Shown here piece by piece: positions 36,626 to 48,895 of a stretch of 64,000 bases of DNA. Numbering within the stretch: position 1 is the first letter of the stretch; the number at the start of each line of letters is the position of its first letter. The notes below the pieces were generated by a model. That model had not been told where the DNA came from and made no database searches. It saw nothing but the letters and a program-made list of their open reading frames with translations. A program made the position numbers and the translations under genes. Source of the stretch: Octopus vulgaris. Its lineage: Eukaryota. The stretch covers positions 20,584,001 to 20,648,000 of the forward strand of contig OX597814.1 in assembly GCA_951406725.2 (NCBI GenBank), in the 5' to 3' direction.

Positions 36626-37129
36626 CTGGAATTAAAATAAAAGGTAAGTTTTATACTGTTTTACTTTGAAAGAATAAGAAACATGTAGAATTTTGAACTG
36701 AATGACAACAGTACAGTACATCAAAGTACCATTGGTGGAAAAATATCAGTAAAAATATGGATAGTTTAACTTGATAATTGATAATGTAAAAGGTAAGAAA
36801 ATGCTGCAACAAGACGTGACATGATATGGAGCTAAGAAAGTCTGCTCTCAACTAAAAAGACAAGAAAACAAATTACAGAAATGAGCCATGAAATATAAAT
36901 AATTTATATTCTGTAACTATTAGAATGGAGCACTCAAATGCCAGTATGAAAGTGTTACAACAGTCATAATGTGCAAAAGAAGAGAAATTACTAAAATCTA
37001 AAACTAATGAACAAATAATAAATTTAGTTAGGAGATAAATTTGAATGCTTGTGCAAGAAACAGCTCAAACAGGTAGAATGTTCTAGAATATTCTATAATG
37101 AATAGAAATAAAGGTGTAATATCTCATGT

Positions 37130-37520
37130 AATATACAGTTTATAGTCTTTTGTCTTTTACTTACTGCAGGCTCTGGTCTGCTGGGGCACCACCTTGAAGG
37201 GTTTTAGTTGAATAGATCAACCCTAGATCTTATTTTCTTAAGTTTGGTGCTTATACTTTTGGCCTCTTGTCAAACTGCTAAGTTATGCGGATTGTAAATA
37301 AACTATCACCAGTTGTCAAGAGGTGAGAGTAAGGACACAGTACAAGCACAAAGACATGCAGACACACACACATATACATGATGGACTTCCACAGTTTTTG
37401 TCCACCAAATTCACTAACGAGGTATTCATTGGCCCAGGGCTATGGTACTTGCCCAAGGAGCCACACAGTGAGGCTGGACCAAAAATCACGGTTGCAAAGT
37501 GAGCTTCTTGACCACACAGT
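37130..37520 (-). mobile_element. SINE family B, decayed
   Basis: Similar to 58888-59240. Confidence 0.65.
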
Positions 37521-38244
37521 GATGAGAAAATTTTTTTTCGTGCTTGTAGATCCAGAAAAAGAACTCAATAAAAACCAGAGTATGGACTCATGAGAGCTAC
37601 TTATACCATTTTTAATGACTAAGTATACAATTCAAGATTCAAATTAGTATTCATTAATACAGGCTTTAACCTTTTCTTCTTCATTTTTGCCCCTAGTCTT
37701 AAAATAGAAGTTCTATCCAGAAAAATATTGATTCACACTTTAGAACATTAGAAATTTTGGAAATGTTAAGCTTTAAATGAGATGTAGAGATAAGCAAAAC
37801 CATGGCCAAGTTGCTGCAGTATGAATCTCTAAAGCCCAGTAGCATTAATGAAATAAACATGAATAGCATATAAGGCATGTGTCAACTCAATATTAAGCGG
37901 GAAGTATAATGTGTAATTCAATTACACTATATACACAGTTTCAGTTGATGCCAATATGAATAACAAAGAGATTAAAAACTTTGGACACCGCCAATAAACA
38001 AATTAATACTAGATAACATTGTTGTTTAGATGGAAATGTTAGAAGCATAGTATTTCTGAAGGGTAAAATGGATGAAAGTTCTGTAAAATGTTAGGTGTTA
38101 AAACAAAGCAAGTCCAAGTAAAACTTCAAACAAAATAGCTCAAAATATTTAAGTTGATCTTGAAACATGAAATGACATAGAATTAAAAATTTGAAGGTAT
38201 GTGCAAACCATTACAGAAAATATTCCATGTTCAGATTATACATT

Positions 38245-39022
38245 TTACATGCTACTGGAATGGAAGCCAGTCAAGGAGCACTGGCCACAGCTGCAATTTT
38301 GATTTTACTTGACTCAACAGGACTTCTCAAGCATATCATATCACCCAATGCATCAATGGTACTCTTAAATGGGCCAGACATGCAACACTGGAATTGGCCA
38401 TGGCTGCGATCTCACTTTAGTTGCCGGGTTTTCTCAATCACAGCATATCTCCAACGGTCTCCTGTCATTGCCTCTGTGAGGCCCAATGTTCAGAGGTCAT
38501 GCTTCACCACCTCATCCCATGTCTTCCTGGTCTACCTCTTCCACAGTTAGGGAGTGGCACTTCCTCACACAGCTGACCTCATCCATATGTAACACATGAC
38601 CATACCAGTGCAGTTGTCTCTCTTGCACACCACATTTGATGCTTCTTATGTCCAGCTTTTCTCTCCAGGCACTTCCACTCTGTCGTGTATGCACACTAAC
38701 ATTACACATCCAGCAGATCATACTAGCTTCATTTCTTTCAAACCTACACATGTCCTCAGCAGTCATGGCCCATGTTTCACTGCTATGTAGCATGGCAGTT
38801 CGCACACATGCATCATACAGTCTACCTTTCATCCTGAGCGAGAAGCCCTTAGTTGCCAGCAGAGGGAGGATCTCCCTGAACTTTGCTCAGGCTATTCTTA
38901 TTCTAGCCACTACACTCTCAGAGCAACCACCCCCACTACAGACTTGGCCGCCTAGGTAGTGGAAGCTGTTAACTACTTCTAGTTTTTTCCCCTGGCATGT
39001 GATGGAATCTGTTTTCTGTACA
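38245..39022 (-). mobile_element. RTE-clade LINE fragment
   Basis: ORF 38512..38832 KGRLYDACVRTAMLHSSETW. Closely resembles the 27640 copy, inverted. Confidence 0.9.
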
Positions 39023-39085
39023 TCTTCAGTGTTTACTGTCCCTAATTTCTGAAAAATGAAGTAACCCTAAAGTAAAAACACACAC

Positions 39086-39173
39086 CTTAATATTTTCAGT
39101 ATCTTGACTTTTCAAGAAAAGTTCTCTGCTAAATCTTGGAATTATACCTTCTTCCTCAGTGTGACCCATCATA
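39086..39173 (-). CDS. KIF14: KIF14 exon 3
   Basis: tttag|T ATG ATG GGT...AAG|gtgtgt. Encodes MMGHTEEEGIIPRFSRELF. Confidence 0.93.
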
Positions 39174-39808
39174 CTAAACAAAAAAAAAATTTGGCACAGA
39201 TTAAAATGTCTACACACAATACAAAATTATAAATAAATTAAACATAAATGAATCATAGAAAAAATTAAACTGAAAAGAAAAATGAAACAACTATGCTGCC
39301 AAAAGGAAAAAGGCATTGTTTCACTGTGACACATATTTCAAGAAATGTGAAGATATGAATAAGAAGTATCAACTGTATCAAGCAGAGAAAATTACAATTA
39401 ACAAGTGCAGTGAATCAGCTGGTAATTGCTACCATATTGCAGTTTTCTGGAGGCTCACCACTAGCTATGGATGTTGTTTATATGAGTGTGGTTAGGGAGC
39501 TTGCTTCCTAGCTACATGGTTTCGGGTTCAGTCCCACTGCGTGGCACTTTGAGTAGGTGTCTTCCACTATAGCCCCGAGCCGACCGGAGCTTTGTGATTG
39601 AATTCGGTAAGTGGAAGTTACTGCCGTGTGTGTATGTGTGCGTATAGCTGCTCAGTGCCTCTCCGACAGAGAGAGAGGGAATTGACAAGAGATAATTTCA
39701 ATTTTAAATGGTAATAAATTCAGAATTTCATTACGGCAAAAATACTACTTCAAATAGAAAATATCAATGATGATGGTGATGATGATGATGGCAGTGGAGA
39801 ATACATAC

Positions 39809-40063
39809 CTGAAACTTTTTCCACTCCCTGTCTGACCATAAGCAAATAAACTGATGTTATATCCTTGCAGAGCTTTCTTCAGTAATGGTGCAGCTAAAGA
39901 TTCATAAACTAGATGTTGATCAGCAAAATTACTATCTTCTTTATTAAATGACCAGAAAGAATAATCAAAGGAATAGTTGTGTGTGTGACCTGTTTCTGTC
40001 TTCACGGTGGTTTGTTTATCTTCCACTGACACAATACAGTGTATATCAGATTGGCTTTGTTCA
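39809..40063 (-). CDS. KIF14: KIF14 exon 2 (motor, P-loop)
   Basis: ttttag|T...AG|gtatgt, 255 nt. Encodes YSFDYSFWSF...YNISLFAYGQTGSGKSF. Confidence 0.95.
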
Positions 40064-40674
40064 CTAAAACAAAAATAAAAATAGAAACAGAAGCAAATAT
40101 TCTCCATCAGCTTTTATAAGGTTAGCACTCCATTAACTTAATGCTCCCATTTATGCCTGAGTAATAGTCAAAAATCAACAGTGATTACATGTGGACTCAA
40201 GACACAGAGGTCTGGTTGAAAATCCATTAAGCTTTAAGGAACATATTGTGATACTTACCAGAAGATAACATCTCATTATCACTATAAATGATTCTAATCA
40301 TCAAAAACATCAGAATTTCTAGTAAGTTATTTCTTCAGCAACAAAATTACTATTAATAATGCAAATTATCAAAATATAAACATTTTGACCATTTCAAAAA
40401 CCACTACCAGATTGAAAGGTATACAATCCTGATTTTCGAGCTAGACTTTGGACTTAAAGGTGTAAAGTATATCATGAATTGCATGACATCGTTGCTTAGC
40501 TTACATAATATTCCTGACTGCTGAGTTGATCCCAAATCTGGTAAAACTACATCATATACATATATGATGTCAGCCAGGGTAAAGTTCAACTCCAGATATG
40601 AAAGGAGGTTGGTATGAATACATTATTGTTTATAAATTAAGGAAAGAAACAGCAGAACAAGACTTGCACTCCAT

Positions 40675-40862
40675 TTCATCATCATCATTGTTTAACGTCC
40701 GTTCTCCATGCTAGCATGGGTTGGACGGTTCGACCAGGGATCTGGAAAGCCAGAAGGCTGCACCAGGCTCCAGTCTGATCTGGCAGTGTTTCTACAGCTG
40801 GATGCCTTTCCTAATGCCAGGAGATGCCCTTCCTAACGCTAAGGGATGCCCTTCCTAACGCC
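40675..40862 (-). mobile_element. RTE tail copy with a triplicated 5' junction
   Basis: GATGCCCTTCCTAACG-like motif occurs three times at 40801-40860. Confidence 0.8.
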
Positions 40863-42600
40863 TCTTTATTAAAAAATAATCGTTCATCATAGAATCATTC
40901 TTGTTCCTTGAAGTTAGCATGTGTTTCTCATCATTTTGCTGAGTCTGGAACTATAGCCACACATAAAACCAAACACTATCTAGTATTTTCCACTAGACAT
41001 GAGATAACCTTTGCTATTAGACAACATGACACAATACTGCCATTATTCGAGTAACTAACAAAAGCTAATTGCATCCCATCCCAGTTTAAGCCAAGCAATT
41101 CAACAATAATGACAATCAGATATATTTGTGTTTTCATTTTGAAGCCCTGAAACAAATTCTGAATTAATTATTGATCCATTATTGGTTTCCTTTTGTAGAA
41201 TTAGGAAACAGTATTTCAATTTCAAGTAGTACCATTTAAAATTATATTTATCAGAATATTTCTCCTTCATAACATGTTAGAATGTCCTAATGAAGAAGTA
41301 ACAACAAATGTAATAATCTAAGATGCTAACGAAAATTCCCGCCTAGATATCTGCTAGAGATGGCACCCAAACCTCCCTCGGATCACATTCTACCATCTTC
41401 ATGAAGGAAGGACACATTAGATCATGTGATCTTTAATGCCTCATAAAAGACAGGCTGGTCGCAGCTGAGGTGCTTTTAAACGTGTTTGTTCACTCAGTGT
41501 TGACCCGACAAACAATAATTGGTAATTCCTTTTTATTTCATCTCCACAGTCTCAAATGAACCACCATGCTTGTTAGGCAAATAATGAGCAACCGACCTTA
41601 CTACTACTACTACGACGACGACGACGACTACAATGGGCGCTTGTCAGACAAGTCAGTCAAGAATTGTTCATCAACCTAATGGTACAAGAAGCAGGGGTGG
41701 CAACAAAACAACATGCAACTGTTGAAATGTGTGACAAAGAACCTCTACATGGTTTTTGGGCCTGCTACAAAAAGCAATACATGTTGCTGTCTTAAAATCA
41801 GAGATCTGGATAATGTAGTTCTGGATATTCTGTAGGAATAAAAGTTTGGTCCAGCATAGAATGTCTTTGATCATATATGTCTATTCGATCAAAGCTGGAC
41901 CAGGACAATAAAGCAGTAAGAAGATTTATTTTGGAGTTAACTGACAGTTTACATGTCGGGTGTTGTTTTCGTTTTACATAAGGGGCATGACCCAAATCTT
42001 GTTTCTGGTATTTACAGCTGACTGATATCAAGATTTCCTGATCTAGACTAAAGGGATTTAGGAGGTGGTTTTCTAGCAGACGATTATTTGGATACATTGG
42101 TGGCTTATTTTTTAAAGCAAGAAAAGTAAGAATTACATAATTTTCCCCTTCACTGAGTTTGTGTCATACATAATTTCTTTTTTCCTTCGAAAAGTTGGAG
42201 AAATATCGTAAGTATAATGTAAGTAATGTCAAAAAAAAAAAGAAAGCAAAGCATATGAGAGAGGAAACCAGGCGTGGAGATGACGAACAGAGTAAGCAAT
42301 GCTAGATTTAAAAGCCTCATTTTTCCCAATGCCACAAAATCGGTAATCTTGTGGGAGGGGACGATTGATTTCCTATTTCTTGGATTAGTGGAATTTGAAT
42401 ACAAAATATTTAGCGATGTATACAAAATACTTATTGTACCTAAATATTACGATGCGTTTAATCCGACACTGCATCGATTAAGCCAAGTCACCTCTTTAAA
42501 ATAATAATAGTTATCTATTTGCTACGAAGGCCAAGGATGACAGATACAAAGTAGGGGAGGGATTAAATAAAATCGAATGAATAAAGAAAAAGGAAATATA

Positions 42601-43236
42601 AAGGTAATTTTTCAGAGTAACACCCACACAATTTTCACTAAGAAAAAAAAAAAATCGAAATTTTTGCGTGGAATGAAGTACCCTGACTTCCTAATATGCT
42701 GCAAATCCCTTATTTTGGTTCGGGAGAGAGGGGGTGGGGCATTCGGCCCCCACGCCGGTCCCGGATTCATTGGATTTTTTTTTTTTCGTTGAATGAATTC
42801 CTAATATGCTACAAAACCCTTTTGGGGGTCCGAAAAACGGAGTGTGATGAGGTGAAAGCCTCGGAAATTTCATTCACTCCTACCCCCATTGATCTTTTCA
42901 CCAGCACGATTTTCACTAAAGAAAAAAAAATTCAATGAATCCGGGACGGGGTGGGTGAAATTTCCGAGGCTTCCACCTCACTCCCATTCCGTTTTTCGGA
43001 TCCCAAAAAGGGTTTTGTAGCATATTAGAATGTCACAGGAATTCATTCAATGAAAAGAAAAAAAAATTCCAATGAATCCGAGACCTAGGGGAAGGTCCCT
43101 TCGCCTCCCCTTTTTCCGAACCAAAATAAGGGATTTGCAACATATAAGGAGGTCAGGGTACTTGATTCCATGCAAAAAATCCGATTTTCTTTTCCTTCGT
43201 GAAAATTGTGTGGGTGTTACACTGAATAATTACCTT
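42601..43236. mobile_element. Foldback/MITE with ~270-bp imperfect inverted arms
   Basis: AAGGTAATT...AATTACCTT termini. 42601-42872 pairs with 42956-43236. Confidence 0.85.
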
Positions 43237-43691
43237 CTTTTGATATCATATCGAAAGAATGCCAATGTAAATATTGAAAAGTTCTTTATCTTTAAAGATG
43301 AAGTTAATTGTATGAATAAAAATAAATTGCGGGTAACAGAAACTACTCAAAGCACCGAGCCAGTTAATCAAACGAAACTGTGTCAATTTGTTTCGAAGTT
43401 TTTCAAAACAGTTTTTATATAACCGATTCAGTCTGACTGGGCTTTTCGGTCAAAATGAAAGAACTTAAGTGTGAAAAAAATACTCTAACAATAATTTGAG
43501 GTTATTATTCCGAAATATATATTAATTATTGAAGTGTTTTTCTTCACAATTTCTTTTCACTTAAAGGTTCTTTTGTTTGTCATTCATCCTTGCGTTTCTC
43601 GGGGTAAATACAATAGAAGTTGACTAAATTTCAAATACATACATGGACTCAGTTATATATATGTATATATATATTCAGTAACTACTGGCAC

Positions 43692-43736
<45 letters not shown>

Positions 43737-43980
43737 GGCATAGTTTCGGTTGTAGTAGCACAGATTTCCGTCGATTTCCGTAAAAAACTTTTATTTTTTT
43801 ACATAAGTAATGAGAGCGAAAGAGACTAAGAGGAAGCGATTTTACGACGAGAAGGTTTCACTTTGAAGTCGGCCTGTGTGTGTTTGATGGGGTGTGGGAG
43901 ACAGACAGTATGTTGTGTAAGTGAAGTGCTTCTGTTAGTGTGTGCGAAGAGACAGACATACATATACACATACACCGAGT

Positions 43981-44011
<31 letters not shown>

Positions 44012-44520
44012 TACATAGATACATACACACACACATACATACACACACACATACTTACACACACACACACACACATAGATACATACACACACACACATAC
44101 ATGCAGACATACATATACACATACACCGAGTAAAAAATTACGATGAATCGGCCATACATACATACATACACACACACATACTTACACACACACACATACA
44201 TAGATACATGCACACACACATATACACATACATGCATACATACATATACACATACACCGAGTAAAAAATCAGTTATCTCTCTCTTTCACACATTACTCTC
44301 TCTGTCTCTTCACACACACTAACAGAAGCACTTCACTTATACAACATACTGTCTGTCTCCCACAACCCATCAAACACACACAGGCCGATTTCAAAGTGAA
44401 ACCTTCTCGTCATAAAATCGCTTCCTCTTAGTCTCTTTCGCTCTCATTACTTATGTAAAAAAATAAAAGTTTTTTACGGAAATCGACGGAAATCTGCGCT
44501 ACGACATGCGAAACTTCGCC
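43737..44520. mobile_element. Foldback/MITE with ~215-bp TIRs around a (CA/CATA)n core, inserted in (TA)n
   Basis: 43737-43955 is the reverse complement of about 44302-44520. Confidence 0.88.
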
Positions 44521-45102
44521 ATATATATATATATTCAGTAACTATTGGCATAAATATAGGTTCAAAAAGAAAAGATCCTACATGGATCTTTTATACCCTG
44601 AATTGAGTTATCTGTTTAAAAATAAGCTAATAAAAATATCACTTCCATAAAAAAAATTATCGCCAGTTCCGAAGTTTGTTTCATAAACCTCAAAACCGGC
44701 AATAAATACATATTTCCCAGTCATTATCTATTTTCCTCTAATATATCACTAGTTGTATTTGACTTTTACCTCAAAACCGTAAATGAAATTTAATTTAAAT
44801 CAGAAATTATGCCAATAAAATCTCAAGTCGATTTACGCACATATTCTATGATTTAATGGTTCAAAGAAAGTAATATAGAAAAGGAATGCCTAGAGGACTC
44901 ACATAGACACAAGGGCAGGGGGGAAAATAATACAAATTACTCCACTTCCGTACTTAATATATGTCGAAATTAATTCATAAATTTGTTGAATATACAGACA
45001 ATAGACATACGTTGCTTTTATTAAATTGCAGTTTCTTCTTTACACTTAAAACAGGAATTGTCATAATTAACATGCTTTAACATGATATATTAGTATACTT
45101 AC

Positions 45103-45302
45103 TAATTATTGAAAGGTCTTACTCGTACAGCAACAGTTAAACTGCTTTGGTCCCCATCACGAAAAGTTCCTGGTGTCAAAGAAGTTTTCCCAATAGTTTG
45201 TGGGAGATGAATTGCTGAATAACAATCGGGTGTTCCCGAAGGTTTGTCAACTGTATGCCGTCGCATACCAGATTTCTCAGTAAATATAACATCATTATCC
45301 AT
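45103..45302 (-). CDS. KIF14: KIF14-like kinesin-3, coding exon 1 (short N-terminus + start of motor)
   Basis: ATG at 45302, with an in-frame TGA upstream at 45434-45432. Encodes MDNDVIF...SSLTVAVRVRPFNN (kinesin beta1 motif). Donor TA|gtaagt, phase 2. Confidence 0.85.
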
Positions 45303-45459
45303 TGTATTTTCTCGCGAATGAATCTCACAGTATTTCAGTTGTATTTTCTTTATTCCCACCTGGTTATAATCCCCATTATTATGCCAACCGAATATATCAA
45401 TGAAATATGACAACACCAACGTTATGCAATGTCAATTTGTATATGGCGGTGTTATTTAG

Positions 45460-45500
45460 AAGTAGCCAATCAGAAAACGTTACTTTCGTACGCGGGAAGT
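45460..45500 (-). promoter_or_regulatory. Putative KIF14 proximal promoter: CCAAT (NF-Y) box and E2F-like site
   Basis: AGCCAATCAG at about 45464-45473 and CGCGGGAA at 45491-45498, 160-200 nt upstream of the ATG. This combination is typical of cell-cycle gene promoters; function is inferred. Confidence 0.45.
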
Positions 45501-46924
45501 ATACAACTGTCACGGTACAGATTGTAATTAAACTGGTTATTGTAATAATTGATTTAGTAAATATTTTAAAATATCAACCTATTTTCCGATAATTAGAGTG
45601 CAGGGTAATTATCCCAATGATTAAAAAGTACATTTTTAATAAAGAAGTTAACAGCAATTAAATTCTAAAAATGATCTATGTGTGTAGGTGACCGTTAACT
45701 TTTCTACGAGATAAAAGTGGAATTATCAGATAAGTTTCGTATGAAAGCTACTTTTAGCTTTTCTTTTAATGACTATACATGGAGTTATCTTTTATTCGTT
45801 ATTTCAAATCGTTTTCTTCAATAATACAAAATTTATCTTTAATAGTTTGAATGCTTACTCGCCAACCAATGAAATAATTATTCCTTCAAACTGCAAACCA
45901 GAAAGCAATATAAAAAAAAGAGTACTGCATCTCACTCCACTTCTAGCTTTAAAGCCTATTTGATATGATGCTATATGAATGGAAACGAAATTTGCTTAGA
46001 GGATGCAAACCCAGTTTTTCAGGAGTATGTTCAAAGCATTTGTATTGTTCACCAAAACTTTTGGTGGACTTGCACCTGCTGTTCTTGAAAAAGGTGGACT
46101 TGCACCTGCTGTTCCTGAGCCTATGATACTCAGGACAGGTACTGGGTATGCAAAAAAAAAAAAAGTGGCATAGTGACAAAGAATCAAAACCTCAAATAGG
46201 ATATATTCACGAGTGATTAGAAGTAGGTGCTGTCTAGAAAAGAAAAATAACTGTTCAGATGTACTCCTAGAAATAGTTGGTCATTTCTGTTAGCTCAATA
46301 GTGCTGGAGGTGGCTGCAGTGAAAATATAATAATTACAGGGAGGAAATAATGAAAGAAATCTAGGGAAACATTACTTCTGCTTTGTCAAAAATGACTGTA
46401 CTTAACATGTATAAGAAGTATGATTCTGCATAATGATGATAAGCATTTAGTCTTAGCTCAGTCCCATTCATAAGCATCAAACAATGCAACATAGATGTAA
46501 GATGTTCATTATCTTCACTTGTAGGGTTTGGAACAGAACATGAACTATACATGAAACTTTTAGGAGGAAATTGCTGGGGATATTTCCACCAAAACACAAG
46601 TTTATTAATGATGTATGAACTCAATGAGGCACAATTATGTAAAATATAACAGCTGTAAAAATTGCTAGTCTCAAGACTAACAGAAGATCCTATGGGAAAA
46701 TATTAAATCTAAATTATAGATCATAGTAATTATGCCAAACCTTAATGAATCCAACAAATTCAAATCTACTTCTGAAGACAAAACTTGATTTTCCTGTACC
46801 ATTGTCTCACACACTCTTATCTAAGTTTTCACAAATATATACAGAGCACTCACTATTTTCTGTTTTGATTTTCCAATGCATTTTATAAAAATAAAATTCA
46901 CATGACAAATAGAAAAAAAATTAT

Positions 46925-47310
46925 TTACTTGTTTTAGTCACTGCATTGTGGCCATGCTGAGGCACTGCCTTGATGGTTTTTTTTTGTTTTTGTTTTTTTA
47001 GTCAAACAAATTGATCCCAATGTTTATTTTTTTAAAGTCTAGTACTTATTTTATTGGTTTGTTTTTACTGAACCACTAATTTATGGGAACATAACACATG
47101 TTAACCAGTTGTCAAGCAGTGGTGGCAACATACAAACATACACACACACACTGTTACACTGAGTAACAGATTAAGTAGCATCTGCAATAAACTTATAGTT
47201 TCCATCCACCAGATTTCACTTGTAAGGACTTGGTTGGCCTGAGGCTTTGTAAAAAACATTTGACAAAGTGTTGAGCAGTGGAACTGAACTTGAAATCTTG
47301 TCATTGCAAT
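46925..47310 (-). mobile_element. SINE family B, decayed
   Basis: Similar to 58888-59240. Confidence 0.6.
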
Positions 47311-48639
47311 GGAAACTTCTTTATTACAAAACAAATTCATGAAGGTTAGTGATGAATTGAGTATAGTCTTTTTAATGAGCACCATCAATTTTATCGCACA
47401 GATGAGAAAATGGCTGAGCACTAAAGGTATCAGTTTAGTATGTTTAGGTGAAGAAATATTGTGCTGACAGTGGAAGGTACATGTGGTGGGGGGAACACTT
47501 AGAAAAGAGGGGTGAGGGCAGATCTGAGAGTGATGAGCCCCATGGACAAGATGTTACAAGGAATGCTATCCAACCTATGCCAAAGAAAAGGATTACGGCA
47601 AAACTGATGATGCCAAAGGTGACATGAGAAGATGCTGTGAGATATTTCATGATTTAAATGTTTAAAAAAAACTCTAAGCAATGCAGGTGAAGAGTTAGGT
47701 AAGATATGTAAGGTGATGCCAAGAAATAAAAACAAAGACTAGATATTGCATTACCTTACATGGGTTGTTTAATGCTCTATAATATTTTGGGAAAGATTCC
47801 CCTTGTCAAATATAAGATAGAAAATAATCCAAGAGTTCAGAGAAAAAGTATTATTGGCAGGGCATCTTCCAGACCAATCAATAGAAAATAAAATGACAGT
47901 GAACATAGTGTCAAACTTTTAGTTGATGAGTTAGGAAACTGTATCTTGTCACTGGTGTAAAACTCTACATTTTGCTACATAGTCAATAGTTTCTGCTTGA
48001 CAAACCATTAAAAGTACACAAGTGGAAATTAAAAAGTGTTGAATTCTCTCATGATTTTCTTGGGAGTTCCTTTATAAGATTAATATCATTTTTAAAAACT
48101 TGATAAGAATAGACATCATATCTTAAAGAAATATATTTCAGCGAATGTGCATTAAATGGAATGAGATTATAAATTGCACCATTCCACAAATTAATAGGAT
48201 AGTAGTAAGTAGCTTGGTGTTTTGCTAAGCTGAATTAGGCCTCAAACTTTCGACTTTGGAGTCACCATTTAAGGCAAATTCTCGTGAACATTTTATATTC
48301 TTCAAAATAAAACTGTATCCAGCAATCTGGTGTTCTATTTAGAACAAAGAATTTTCAACCTTGAGTTGCTAGTGACTTTCTATCATGTTTAAATGTGTCC
48401 AATTCTGATGCATCTTGGATTTACAGGCACAAAGTAATGTTTAATTTGATAAATAATTCCTACAGGAATCTTCCAATCTCTGGTCACTGCTTGCTGTCTT
48501 TTCTACTAGCTTTGTTTATCACTAATAGATTAAACTTACCAGTAGTACATTGCTTGAGTGGACTTAATTTGTTGCTCAGTTTATCATCATCATCATCACC
48601 ACTCCTTGGCTGCCATTAGCAGAGTTCATCCTATCATAA

Positions 48640-48895
48640 GTCATCATCATCATTTAACGTCTGCTTTCCATGCTGGCATGAGTTGGAAGGTTTGACTGAG
48701 GGTTGGCAAGCCAGAAGGCTACACTGGGCTCCAATCTGATCTGGCTAAGTTTCTACTGTTGGATGCCCTTCCTAACACCAACCACTCAAAGAGTGAAGTG
48801 GGTGCTTTTTATGTGCCACCAGCATGAGGGCCAGTCAGGTGGTACTGGTATTGACCACGCTCAAATGGTGCTTTTTATGTGCTACCGGCACAGGA
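48640..48895 (-). mobile_element. RTE tail copy
   Basis: Matches the family tail. Confidence 0.75.

Noticed and set aside
41650-42110. ORFs 41671..41874 and 41798..42097
   Set aside because: They look like a heavily decayed LINE remnant, have no splice fit to KIF14, and are too degenerate to classify.
43826-44237. ORFs rich in CV/HT/YI
   Set aside because: These are translations of CA/TA microsatellites.
45949-46624. Possible FAD-oxidase (PCYOX-like) pseudogene: IIGSGTAGAS and IINKLVFWWKY
   Set aside because: The motifs are in the wrong order on the strand, broken by a 30-bp tandem duplication, and too short to support without a search.
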